64,000 bases of DNA, taken from the NCBI GenBank assembly GCA_965645245.1, contig OZ287070.1:2232001-2296000 (forward strand), written 5' to 3'. Position 1 is the stretch's first letter. Each line of letters begins with the position of its first letter. This stretch comes from Massalongia carnosa. Lineage: Eukaryota. A program made the position numbers and the translations under genes. The notes under the pieces were generated by a model. That model saw only the letters and a list, made by a program, of their open reading frames with translations. It was not told the DNA's origin and made no database searches. This document shows positions 51,026 through 63,485 of the stretch, piece by piece.

Positions 51026-54000
51026 TCATTTTTTCTTCTTCTTTCCACCGCCCAAACCCAGCGACTCCGTAATGCTGCCTAAGCCAAGACCACCAAGTAA
51101 CTTGTCGATACCTAATCCGCCTAGCAGTCCATTGACCAAGCCACCCAAACCAAGCCCATTGAGCAACTTGCCGACCAAGCCCAGGACACCTGCCAGGAGC
51201 AAACCGACAGCAGCGATGATCTGGAACAGCGGCTCCGTGAGCAGGCCCCACAACGGGTTAAGGCCCTTCTTGGCGTGGGGCATGTCGGCAATGCGTTTCT
51301 TAGCATTGTCAATGGTCTTGACGACGGTGGTGGTGAGCTCCTTCAACGAGTCGGCGAGCGCATGCTCCTCGGGCGTGGCCTCGTGGCTAGCGGCGCGCGC
51401 TTTGGCGTTAGCGGCGATGCGTCCGTCCGGATCGAGACCGCGGATCGCGCCGTTGCACTCTTGCAGGATGCGTCCACCTTCTTCGATCATCGGCTTGACA
51501 TCTTGCACCAGTTGCTCTTCGTCCAGTTCGTCTTTGGGGGTGCGGTCGGCAGCTTCAATACGCTGGGAAAGGGTTAGTTAGACGGGTATGGTTTAAAGGA
51601 AGAAAGGAGTAAACTTACCTCTGTGATGTTTTTGCATACGGGTTCCATTCTGTCGAGAGTTTGCCTGAGAATCGAATTCATTTTCTTTGCCAACTCGTTG
51701 TCTTCCTCAGCCTTTTTCCGAGCGGCCAGTTCTTCCTCCGAAAGTTCTTCCTCTTCCTCTTCCTCTTCCTCTTCCTCTTCTTCTTCCTCCTCTGGCTCTT
51801 CCTCTTTAATGTTCTCAATTAAAGTACATTGTCCTACTCTGTTGCCGTCGTTGTCGATGACGTATCCATCATCATCAATTTCCTTACCAACCAGTGTGGC
51901 CAAGTCACCCTCGGTCAATTTTCCAATAACATTGCCATCTTCATCGCGCACTTCACCTTCTTTATTGACCTTTCGCCCCGACATGGGACTGACATGTCGT
52001 TCCTTTTCGGGGGGGGTGTATCGCTCTGCCTTGCCAATACTGTTGCCTTGCCTGTCAAGGATATCACCATCATCGTCCACCTTACGTCCGAGAAGTTTCA
52101 CCGGATCGCTGCCTTCTACTAGTTTGCCAACAACCTGTCCGGATGCGTCTTGAACGAAGCCATCTTTCACAACGACGAGACCTTCAAACCCGGAGAACGG
52201 GCCTTCAGATTTTCCTTGTTCGTCACCAGTGAGAGCTTGTGCTTGGCCAATAACCTTTCCATTATCACTCCATATTTGGCCTTTGCCATCGACTTTTCGC
52301 CCGGCCAATTTGAGAGGGTCTCCAGATACAACACGACCATACACTGTACCATGTTCGTCGACCACATTGCCAGCTTTGTTGACTACTTTGCCTTCTAGCG
52401 AGGACAGGTCCGCTTCCTCTTCTGTAGGTTCTTCGTACGGCTCGGCGTGGCCTTTAACGTTGCCAAACTTGTCAATTATGTCCCCATCTTCGTCCACAGT
52501 CCGGCCAACCAATTTCTTAGGATCACCTTCAGTGACTTGTCCAACAGTATTGCCATCTTCATCTTCCACCATACCACCCTTGACCACGACAAGACCTTGT
52601 AGGCCTGCAAATGGTCCTTCGGGTCGTTCCTCTCGTTCATTCGGAGGAATAAGTTCGACGCGACCAATGACTTTACCGTTGTCGTTCCACAACTGACCTT
52701 CTTCATCGACTTTCTTGCCTGCAAGCTCCTTAGCATTGCCTTCGACAAGTCGTGCAATGGGTACACCATCTGGGCCAATGACATTGCCTTGCTTATTAAC
52801 AGTTAAACCCTTGAGTATTGATAGGTCTGGCTTCTCTGGCTCAGGTTCCGCTTCAGGCTCGGGTTCATCATATCGTTCAGCATGGCCGACAACGTTGCCA
52901 CGCTTGTCAAGTACATCTCCATCCTCATCCACTGCCCTGCCGACCAACTTCTTAGGGTCACCTTCCGTGATTTTACCAACCTTATTCTCGTTGATATCCT
53001 CTACAAATCCATCCTTGACAACAATGAGGCCTTCAAGACCTGCAAACGGTGCTTCCTCTTCGTCATCATCTTGAGGTAGTGTTTGAGCCCTGCCGATTAC
53101 GTGGCCTTTTGAGTCCCAGAATTGACCTTCAGCATCGCATTGAGCACCGCTCTTGGCTATTTTCTTAGGATCCCCTTCTATCAGCTCACCCAGAGGTTTA
53201 CCATCAGCATTAACAATCTTGCCTGACTTATTGCACTTAAGCCCTTCAAGGATTGACAGAGGAGGTAGCTTAGGACCGGTATCCTCTTCCTCTTTCTCTT
53301 CCTCCTCAGGTTCTGGCGTGATAAGCTCAACTTTGCCAATGACCTTACCTTCAGAGTCTAGAACCTCGCCCTTTTCATTAAGTTTCTTTCCGATGAGCTC
53401 GGTAAGTTCGCCTTCCGAGACCTTTGCAATTGGATCGCCATCCTCATTCACCACTTCTCCCTTTTTGTTGACTTTTAGGCCGTCTAGGATGGAAAGGTCA
53501 GGACCGGTAGCTTTAGCTTCCTCGGGCTTTTCCTCAGGCTCTTCCTCGGGTTCTTCCTCGGGTTCTTGTGTGATAAGCTCAACCTTGCCAATAATATTAC
53601 CCTTGGAATCTAGAACCTCGCCTTTCTCGTTAAGTTTCTTTCCGATGAGCTCAGCGAGTTCGCCTTCCGACACCTTTGCGATTGGATCGCCATCCTCATT
53701 CACAACCTCGCCCTTTTTGTTGACTTTTAGCCCATCTAAGATAGAGAGGTCAGAATCACTAGCTTTGGCTTCCTCGGCAGCTCCTTCAGCATCTTCTACT
53801 GCATCTTCAGCACCTTCTTTAGCACCTTCAGCATCATCCGCAGCACCCTCGGCGTCTTCTGCAGCGCCTTCGGCATCTTCCGCAGCGTCCTCGGCATCTT
53901 CCGCAGCGTCTTCAGCTGCTTCAATTTCTTTAGGAACAACCTCCACTTTGCCAATTACATTGCCTTCTTTGTCCAATACTTCTCCTTGATCATTGATTTT

Positions 54001-56529
54001 CTTCCCGGTGACGTCCTTCAGTTCACCCTCTACTAGTCTTCCAATTGGCTCGCCGTCCTCGTCTAAAACTTCTCCTTTCTTGTTGACCTTCAGACCTTCC
54101 AAAGTGGAAAGATCAGGAGTTGCGGCCTTCTCGGCTTTCTCAGCAGCTTTAGCAGCGGCGTCTTCGACGGCTTGCTGCAGCTTTTCAACAATATCTGGAT
54201 TCAGAGCCTTCATGGCTTCATCAGCAGCTTCACCAGGTATAACTTCAACTTTCCCGATTACCTCCCCTTTATCATTGAGGATTTCTCCCTTCTCATTCGG
54301 TTTCTTGCCAACACATTGCTTCAGGTCCGAATCTTCAGTAAGTTTTCCAATAGGCTCGCCTTCTTCATCTAAAATATTGCCTTTCTTGTTGATTTTCTTC
54401 CCTTCGAGAATCGATACAGTAGGCTTGAGGGCATCGGTGTAAGGCTTTGTGTAGTATAATTTTTCTGCAGCTTCACCAGGAACAACTTCCGCCTTCCCTA
54501 TGACGTCTCCATCTTCATCAAGAACTTCACCCTTGTCATTGATGGTCTGGCCGACAAGGTCTTCCAGATCTCCTTCAACAATTTTGCCCAGAGGTTTGTC
54601 ATCTTCTCCTAGGATTTCACCACCTTCACCGACCTTGAGACCATCGAGAACTTCAACTTCCGGGAGAGCGTCCTCGTCGTCCTCTTCTTCCTCTGGTTTC
54701 TTTGTAGGAACAACTTCTGCTCTTCCGACAACGTCGCCGTCTTTGTCAACAATCTCGCCCTTGTCATTAAGTTTCAGACCAACCAGATCTTTTGGATCAC
54801 CTTCTATGACTTTGCCAATAGGCGTACCATCTGCTCCAAGAATATCACCGTCTTTGCCAACCTCGAGGCCGTCGAGTACACCGATGTCAGGAAGGTCTTC
54901 TTTCGTCTCATCCGCAACTTCTTTTGCTTTGTCTGGTAGTACGCTAGCACGGCCTATGACGTCTCCATCTTCATCCAGGATTTCTCCGTCATCACCAATG
55001 GTTTTACCTGCTAAATCTTCGGGGTCACCTTCGTCTAGCTGGCCTATTTGTTCGCCATCGGCACCCAGAATTTTTCCATCTTCACCCACTTCCAAGCCCT
55101 TTAGTACCGACAAATCAACCGGCGCTTGATCGGCGGCATCTTCGGCGGCGTCTTCAACTTCCTCAGCTACGTCTTCAACATTATCAGTATCAAGCGCCGC
55201 GTCTTTCGCGTCATCAACGGCGTCCTCGGCGTCATCCTTGGCACCATCAACCGTATCTTGTGCATCATCGGGAGCAGCGCCCTTTACACCATCCGCGGCA
55301 TCCTCGGCATCATCTTTTACACCGTCCACAGCATCCTCGGCGTCATCAGGAGCAGCATCTTCCACGCCTTCTTTTGTTTCCTCAGCTGCATCTTCGGCAT
55401 CATCGACTACATCTTCAACTCCTTCGTTAGCCTCATCTCCTGCTTCTTCAGCACCCTCTTTCGCGTCCTTAGTGGCACCATCCACATCACCTTCAGCGGC
55501 CTTTCCAGCAGTATCCTTGGCACCTGCCGCTTTCCCTGCGAGGCCACTCGCGGCACCATCCACTTTATCTTTGACACCTCCGGCTTTGCCCTTGGCACTC
55601 TTTGTCGTCTCGTCAGCTTTGTCCTTTGCACCCTTTGCCGTGTCATCGGCCTTATCTTTTGCACCCTTTGCCGTGCCATCGACTTTCTCTTTAGCATCAG
55701 CAGGAGCGGGCACATCGGTATCTCCGGCATCTTCAGCCGTGTTCTCAGCGGTGTCTTCCGCACCAGCCTCAGCATCCTCCTCCTCCTCTTCGTCGTCATC
55801 ATCATCATCATCATCAACAGGTTCAGGGGCGGCTTCATCTAAATCTGCCGTCGAGTTTGCCGAGCTTTCTTCTTCAGCCCCGGTTTCGTTGCCTGCTTGG
55901 CTGATTTTGCCTCCTGGCGTATCAGTTTCTTCGGTATCGGCTTCATTTGCAGGATCGTTGTCTTTTAGATCAATCTTGTCATCCGCGTCTTCGGTCTTGT
56001 CTTCTACTTTGTCCTTGGTCTCCTCCGCTTTGCCTTTGGCGTCCTCGCCCTTGTCTTTGACATCTTCTACCGGCTCCGAGGCTTTGGACGCTTTTGACGT
56101 TGCGTCCTTGGCCTTTGGAGTAGCTTCACCCGCGTCTTTCGGCCTTGGTGGTAGCTTCGGCGATGAGGTGTTCGACTTACTCGGAGCGGAGCTCTTAGCC
56201 TTATCGGTGGCACCTTTGGTTGCCGACTTGGGGGTGTCAGCTGCCGATTTCGCGGCATCTTTGGGTGAGTCGGCCGCGCTTTGCGATTGCCCGAGTTTTG
56301 AGGTGGTACTCGAGGCAGGATTCTTGCCTGACTTGGTAGGGGTTCTGGGAGCGTTGCTTGGGGTTTTCCCCGCGGCCGGTGAGGGCGCCATGCTTTTGGA
56401 TGTGCGTGCGGTTTGCGGGGAGGGAGTTTTGGAGCTCGTTTCGGGGCTCTGGGGGGGGGATGATCGATTCGGTGTGGGAGGGAAGGAATAGTATGCGTAG
56501 GAAGCAGAGGAGCGGGGATCGCTTGGCAT
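51026..56529 (-). CDS. Giant acidic LEA-like / DUF3659 repeat protein with hydrophobic Gly/Leu-rich C-terminus, 2 exons
   Basis: Many repeats of the type DLSxLxGLKVNKKGEV.DEDG.PIG.LVEG..K.L.GK.V.E.GEV.D..G.VIGK.E; LEA-like KDKA/EDAA tracts; intron ~51573-51618; ends GLGGGKKKKK*. The ATG at 56529 is the most likely start. Confidence 0.87.
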
Positions 56530-58078
56530 AAACAATGGTGAGTCTGAACAAAACGGGGGATCGGATTTTGTTTCGTTCACGGGGGGGGGGAGGCCACAAG
56601 TCTATGGGGGAGGTTGGGGGACGGGGCTATATCAAGTAATTATAATTCCCAGGGCCCGTTCATACTTGTTTACGGAGAGAGGAGCCAAAGCGACAGGAGA
56701 GTACGTCATTACCGCTACAAGTTGGATCCACAGGTACTCGGTAGTCTCCCCCCTTAGCCTGTCGAGTCGCGGCCGAAGCTCCCGCTGTGGCTGCAAAGCA
56801 AGAAATAAAAAGCAGGAAACCGTACATAGGCCGGGGAGGAGGTGCTGGCGATAACTACTGTGAAGCTAAGGGGAAGCTCTTTTTGCCGCAAAAGCGCTAA
56901 CATCCATTCGGCAGGATGAAGTTACGTCACTGACTCCGTGAAGAGGGAGTTTTGGATCCTCGGGTATGATCGCGGCCAATCAGCGTACCGAGACGGATGA
57001 ATTACGAGGAGAAAGCGCAGAAAAGTGGCTGGAGACCAGGGGGGGATGTGGGGGGTTCTGCATGTTACATTACTACAGCAATATTCTGTACTGTAGTACT
57101 TTGCGCGAATCGACGATTTAACCTTGTCGCCCATGACTTCATCCAACGTTCCCAGTCAACGTCGATCTAGACTCGATTGTGTGCTAGCGCCTCTCGGCTA
57201 CCATCCGACTCACGACATCCCTCACCTTTTGATTTGACCAGCGGAGCGCTTTTCTCTTTGTTTTCTCTTTGATGTACTGTGTAATTCTTTTCTCTTTGAC
57301 GTAATTGTTTTCCCTTTCCCTTTCCCTTTCCCTTGGCCACGTGGGGGTGATGGATTCGAGGGAAACAGCATTTCCAGAGCTCGAGCTTTGCTTTGTATGT
57401 CAACCCGTGTGTCTTCCCTCAGGACAACACGACGTTGCCTTCATGGTGATGCGGAACTACTCTGTACAGCCTAGGGATCCTAGGGATTATTGCGCTATTA
57501 GCCTGTCCCTCGGTTAGGAGGAGTTACGTCTAACATAATACAGAGTACACAGTACGGAGTACATGCTGTGATCTGGCGAACGGCGTAAAACCTGCTTTGG
57601 TCATTTGTGGAAATTAAAAAACGACTCGGACCGTTCGAAGGATGAAACTAGCTAACGTAACTACAAGGTACTCCGTACTCCGTACAGAGTAGTTACCTAC
57701 TTAGTCAAATGTCAAGCCACGCGCTTGTAAGTTTGTTAGCGAAGGCTACTGGAACCGAGACGAGGATCGTGGCTCTTCCACCCCACCTTCGCGTACACAT
57801 AAACCTAGCGTAGCAAATCCGCACGGCGAAGGGAGTATCACTGATGGATTGATAAGTCTGATGGGCAAAGTAACGGACGGTGACAACACCATCGTATTCG
57901 AGCCTTCAGTGAGTCAGCTCATTGAATTTACGTCGTGTAGAAGCTAAAGAATACCCACAGCGAACCGGAAGTTACCCCCTGATTGATAAAACTTCCCGGG
58001 CATAGCACACCAGCCTCTCGAACCCCTGCAAGAGCCACCCTTGGGTCTGGTCAGCTTGTGGTGACTTAATTGCTCGTA

Positions 58079-58789
58079 ATGAGGGGACCTGGCCCACATA
58101 CAAATGCAGCGAGGTGAATTCCATCCGATTTGGCTCGAATCCATCAAGAAACACGAGGTGATTACGTATGCAGATTGCAGGCTCTTGCTCTGGTTGAACA
58201 CGGCGTTCCCCCGGGGCAGGCCAGTCACACCACGAAAATATCCGTGAAGACCATCCAACGTCTACGGCGGCAAGCTCGAGCCCGCGGCTTCGACCCGGCG
58301 GTATCGTCCATTCTCAAGCTCGAATACGTCGAGGATGCCCCGCGTTCCGGCCGACCCCCCAAGCTAAACCCAGAGATCGAGGACACCATTGTCGCGTCGT
58401 TTGTGGGAGAAGGGGAGGAGAGAGAGAGGGTGACAAAGGCACAGGTGGCGGAAGCGACGGGCGTGTCGACCACGACCATTCGACGGGTATTGGCATCGCG
58501 AGGAGTGGTGTTTGAGCCGAGGCCAGGAAGCCACGCGGTGGACGACGGAATGTGGAAAATGCAAGAAAAGAAGGTTAAGACACCAAGGAGGCGAACAAAG
58601 GAGGTACAGGGTCAGAATGCGCCGGGTCAAGAAGTTTATACACAGCAGGGGGAGCCTGGGCCGGACGTGATCGATGAATTTGGCGGCAGATTGGACCCAT
58701 TACTCACGGCAGAAGCGAGACCGGAGATTTCGTTACAATGGCGGGTTTCTGGACTGGACAAAAATGGGAAATTAGAGAGAAAGGAATGA
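58079..58789 (+). CDS. Tc1/mariner transposase-derived bipartite HTH protein lacking the DDE domain, 2 exons
   Basis: ATG 58079 plus a 60-nt GT-AG intron (58114-58173) gives MRGPGPHTNAARLQALALVEHG; HTH1 (ISVKTIQRLRRQARARGFDP), EDAPRSGRPPKL linker, HTH2 (AQVAEATGVSTTTIRRVL). Confidence 0.68.
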
Positions 58790-59148
58790 CTGCTACCTTT
58801 AGCTTACATACTGCAACTACTAAGGCGATGCGGGGCAAACCCGATTTGGGCGATAGGGGAACTCGAGAAAAGACCAGGAAACATGTGAGCAGTGCGGGGG
58901 GGGGGAGGCGAATTGTGATCCAGGTACATCCTTTTGATGATTGAGAGTGTTATTAGGCTTCTCACATCCCTTGAGATGTATCATGCTTTGGTCAGAGCAT
59001 TTCTAGGAGGTCTATGTAGTCTTTATAGACGAGATATCCATCAGATGCGCCTGCATCCGTCGTTTTTGCGCGGTTGTTTTGCTCCTTGATTACCCCGCTA
59101 AGACCTCCCATTCCACTATTGCTGTCACGAAGTCGCTCAGCTGTGGAA

Positions 59149-60914
59149 ATGACAACAATCTCTGAACCCTTAGAAGGAAAGGGACAACAAATCGAGGGAA
59201 ACGATAATCGCGGAGCTGGGATTCCAACTCGCGATCCTGCGGATCATAGGGAATCCGACGCTGCAAGAACCCTTCAAAGAACCTATAGAGGTCACAGAGA
59301 TCGGCGAGCGCTCAAAGGTCTGAGCCTCGATCCTTCGACTCGATGGGCTGAAGTATGAAGTTGATGTTATATGAAAATAGCTTTCTTGTTTACCAGCTGT
59401 CTAAATAGGCCATAAAGGAAGCTCAGTACCGCTCGCTCACAACTCCTCGCCCCCGCTCCTCGAGCGCTCAGACCGAAGGCAAGCTCACCAGCCCATCTTC
59501 GGAAGCGCACCGAAACTGGCTTAGGGCGGCGAAGATCGCTCGGCGCGCGGTAGGAGAGGATGAAGAAATCAGCTCCTCCTCTTCGGACGAATCGCAGATC
59601 CCGGCGCAGAAGGAAGCCCGGCGGGAGAAGCGCCTGGAGGAGAAACGGGAAAGAATCAAGGGCGCGAAGATGATGGATTTACAATATTTTCTGGAGATGG
59701 TCGATCTCAAACATCGCTACGGAAGCAATCTGCGTAAGAGACCGATTTTGAAGGACGGGTAAGCCATGACTTACCACGTAATGACAGGCACGTACCACAA
59801 TGAATGGAAACGACACAGCACAAGAGAAAATTTCTTTTATTGGCTTGACTACGGCGAGGGAAAAGAGCTAAGCTTGCCAACGTGTCCAAGGGAGCGCCTG
59901 GATCGGGAACAGGTGCGGTATCTGAGCCGGGAAGAAAGACTGCATTACCTGGCAACCGTAGACAAGGAGGGAAAGCTTTGTTGGAAACGCAACGGGCAAC
60001 GCATCGATACCAGCATCAAGTGGAAAGATTCGATCCAGGGGATTGTGCCTGTGGAAGATACAACGCCCAGCTATGCTCCTGCTACGGCCAAGGCAACCCC
60101 ATCCGGAGACTCATCTAGCGCAGAGAGCAGCGATTCGGGAGACTCGAGCGTGGACGAGAGGAAAAAACGCTACGTGAACGAAGATTTGAAGGGTGCCAAG
60201 GGAACCAAGAAGGTGCTTCGCGTGTCCCCAGCGACAATATTCAATCAGTTGCTCCGAACTTCCGTGAGGAAGAACACATGGATATTCGTAAGTTTCTTCG
60301 GTTGTTTCAATCCATGATCTTTCCGGTCAGGGGATAAGATCCGAGACGTCAAGCGTTCATCGGGGAATCCGCTAAAACGAGGGGAATAGGTCGCCGATAC
60401 GAATTTCAACCTCTACATTGGAATCAAGCAATCGGGAGCATTTCAGCATTCCTCGTTCCTGCACGGGTCTCGCATCTCGGCCGCAGGACTCATCAAGATA
60501 AAAAATGGTCAGGTCCGAAGTTTGTCTCCCCTCAGGTATCGCCTCCTCTACCCTTTTGATTATATCGATTTTTCCACTTTCTCATTTCCACCAACCCCCT
60601 TTCCAGCCACAAAAACTAACTCACTAGTCCTCCAACCGCGTAGCGGGCACTACCGGCCCCCCTCATCTAACTTCCGCGCCTTCATCCGCGCCCTCCAGGC
60701 TCGCGGTGTCGATATGTCCGCCATGAGCGTGTCGAAGAGCTACGCCGTCCTGTTGGGGTTGGAGGGTTACACGAAAACGAGACGGAAGATTGAGGGGGTG
60801 GGAAGGGTTTTCCGGAAGAAGGACGGAGGAGAGGGGAAGGAAAAGGATGGGAGCTGGAAGGGAAAGGAAAGGAAAGGAAATGGGGAGGGAGAGAAGGTGC
60901 TGGTAATTAGATGA
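59149..60914 (+). CDS. IQ calmodulin-binding motif protein (IQM-like family), multi-exon
   Basis: IQ-like AARTLQRTYRGHRDRRAL; YFLEMVDLKHRYGSNL; FFYWLDYGEGK; FQHSSFLHGSRISAAGLI; SGHYRP. Confidence 0.88.
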
Positions 60915-61588
60915 GCAAGGAGGGGGCAGCATCCATCATGAGATATTGGGAATGGGGGGACATGCTCGAGTAATCGGATTCCTTTTTCTTTTCTTTTTCC
61001 TTTTATCATCCATCATCCGTCCTTCATCTCTTCTTATCCGTCAATGCCAAAGGAGAGGAGGGAAAGAAATCGATGAGAAGAGCAAGAGAAGAAACAGGGG
61101 GGTCATGACGCGATGAAACGGAGAGACAAATGTTGAAGACGAATTGAGAATCAGATATAAATTAAACAACCGATTTTGCGGGAAAACGATAACGAAAACA
61201 GAACAAACATTATGCTTGACATCTCTACTCTCTGTATGCCTCACTTCAGGTAACGCCTGTTGCGGCTGACTCCACGTGGCTGGTGCACCAACTGGACGCC
61301 ACACATCGTTCTCTCTCCTCGGTCGGTGAATTTCCAGCAGAACTCGATGTGAGGTGCAAAGGGCAACTATAGGAAGCGCTTTATAGCGCTCCCCCCGCTT
61401 CCCGTGATTTTTGATTGTGCCATCTCAGAGCTTTCAAAACTCGCTCAGCTTGCGGGCTTTTCGCCGTGTTTTAGACCTTGCTTGCAGTTAGCACGCTAGC
61501 AATCCCAGAGAGGTCCCACTGCTGTTTGTTTTCATATAGGCGGAGCTCGTGAAGAGCTTTTCCGGGGTTCTGTATTCATCCACAAAGC

Positions 61589-62014
61589 ATGCCTTCGTGT
61601 TGCGACTCTCCGCCGGAGCACAAACCATCTTTGAGCCATTCTAAACGTGGTGCCCTTGCGTCGTTTTCTTCATTGTCGCCCATCGCGTCGGCCATCCTTA
61701 CCAGTTCTTGTTGCTGGCTACCAGTGAGTGTTCTCATACCGTCTAGGGTGTAAGATGAATAACGCTTGTTCCTTTAGGTCTTGCTTGACTTTGCATCCAT
61801 AGGGTCTGCATCCGCAACAGCGCTCCATCGCCTTCGACCACTTTTCTTGCTGGTCACGGTTCTGGCCCTCACTGAGAGTGTTCGTCGGCAGGGACTCGGC
61901 AGCCGTAACCTGCTTCGGATCTTCATATCCTGTCTCATAGTAGCTTTACCCCAACTTTCATCCTTCATCGAGCGGTTCCGGACGTCTGAAGCGTCGCATG
62001 GGAGCTGCCATTGA
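61589..62014 (+). CDS. MerT-like small heavy-metal-binding membrane protein (~123 aa), 2 exons
   Basis: Exon 61589-61723 (MPSCCD...IASAILTSSCCWLP), 54-nt GTGAGT...TAG intron (61724-61777), exon 61778-62014 (VLLDFASIGSASATALHRLRPLFLLVTVLAL...SHGSCH*). Confidence 0.7.
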
Positions 62015-62068
62015 ACCCCTCGAGTCTTTCTATAAGGTCTCATAGCGTTTCAGAACCGAGCAGGCGAT

Positions 62069-62779
62069 ATGGCGAGCGGTTCCCTCAGGCCAGGTTTTTG
62101 TCCTATGGCTCGGGCATGGCCTGTATCACTAGGGGCTATTCTTTTCACCAACACGTTAAATCCAGTATCGCTCCAGAAAAGATATTCCAAAGTATTCGTT
62201 CGTACGGCTGCTGGAGATTCAAATCGTACTCTTAAAGGATGCAGCGCGAACGCTTCAGTAACAAAATCTGCCACTACCCTTAGCTTCTGGGACTCGCCAT
62301 ACGTGTGGAAGAGGGCTGGGATTAACACGCTACGATGCCTTGCTGGTTGTTCGCTCGGCGACTTTTCAGCTATGTGGTTTCTACAAGTCAACTATCCGGA
62401 AATGGGTATGAGCATGATCATGGCTACCTCCAGTTAGGATTTCGTTTCAACCATTTTCATCCTCTGTCTCTAACGTTTGCTTGTAGTTGCAGCGGGCCTG
62501 GCCACTTCTATGTCGCTCGAGACCGTCCTCCTCCGACTAGGGCGTGATCGGCTGAGCTGGGAAGCAGCAGCAAAGACAGCTACTGGCATGAGCTTAGCAT
62601 CTATGTTGGTTATGGAGCTAGTTCAAAATACAGTCGACTACCAGTTGACAGGCGGAGTGGTTGCGCTTGACGACGCTCAATTCTGGACAGCAGCAGCAAT
62701 TTCCATGCTCGCTGGTTTTCTTGCACCTCTCCCGTACAACTACATTCGATTGCGGAAGCATGGAAAGGGTTGCCATTAG
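62069..62779 (+). CDS. DUF4396 membrane protein, 2 exons
   Basis: NTLRCLAGCSLGDF; intron 62433-62486; GMSLASMLVMELVQNTVD; AGFLAPLPYNYIRLRKHGKGCH*. Start could be 62069 or a slightly downstream ATG. Confidence 0.85.
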
Positions 62780-63485
62780 AGCGGAGGCATACGAAAATTG
62801 GACATTTGGGACGAAAGGAGATGCGATGATGGCTGTCGCTACTCGGTTGCATAGCACTCTACTACTGTATCCTGCAATATTTCAATCCTGTTCCCCCCAA
62901 TATACACGAAATACTCATTGCTATAGCAAATCCACCGATAGCTCCAACCGTCCCCCCCCCTGAATAGTACTTACTATATAAGAGCCATGAGGCCATTATC
63001 TAGTTATCGTATACCCTTCACACCTATTTGTGACGACATGACCGCTATGCTTCGGCCCACCTCTGGTTTGTACAAGGCGTGAGGGGGTGAGAAGAGCCAG
63101 GCGGCGTCCAGACCACCGTGCCTGCAATGCTTAAGGGCGTTCAAGGGGTAGCGGCATCGCACTTTAGCTCCTGATAGCGCTTGAGTGATTTGTGCGTTTT
63201 GTGGAGCACCCGGGCATTTTAGTGGCCACGCAGAAAGCGCTCGTCAAGCCACAGGGACAGGGTCATACCATACGACTGGCCATTTTGGACACCTTGTGGG
63301 GTACACGGTTATGGCGAATAGCTGCCCTTGACGACCTATGGACAGGGAGGAGACATACCCGGACTCGGTGGGCAGAATGAATACCCCTCTATCCCTTCAA
63401 TATGGAGGAAAGCATTACTATTATTCCTTCAGTCTATGTATCAATGGTGGCCTGGAATAATTACATGCTGGCTAGGTACTCAAGA

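Noticed and set aside
58079..58789. Intact Tc1/mariner transposon
   Set aside because: No DDE catalytic domain and no terminal inverted repeats seen.
62012..62035. Simple stop-codon readthrough fusing the MerT-like and DUF4396 ORFs
   Set aside because: Two in-frame stops (TGA and TAA) separate them.
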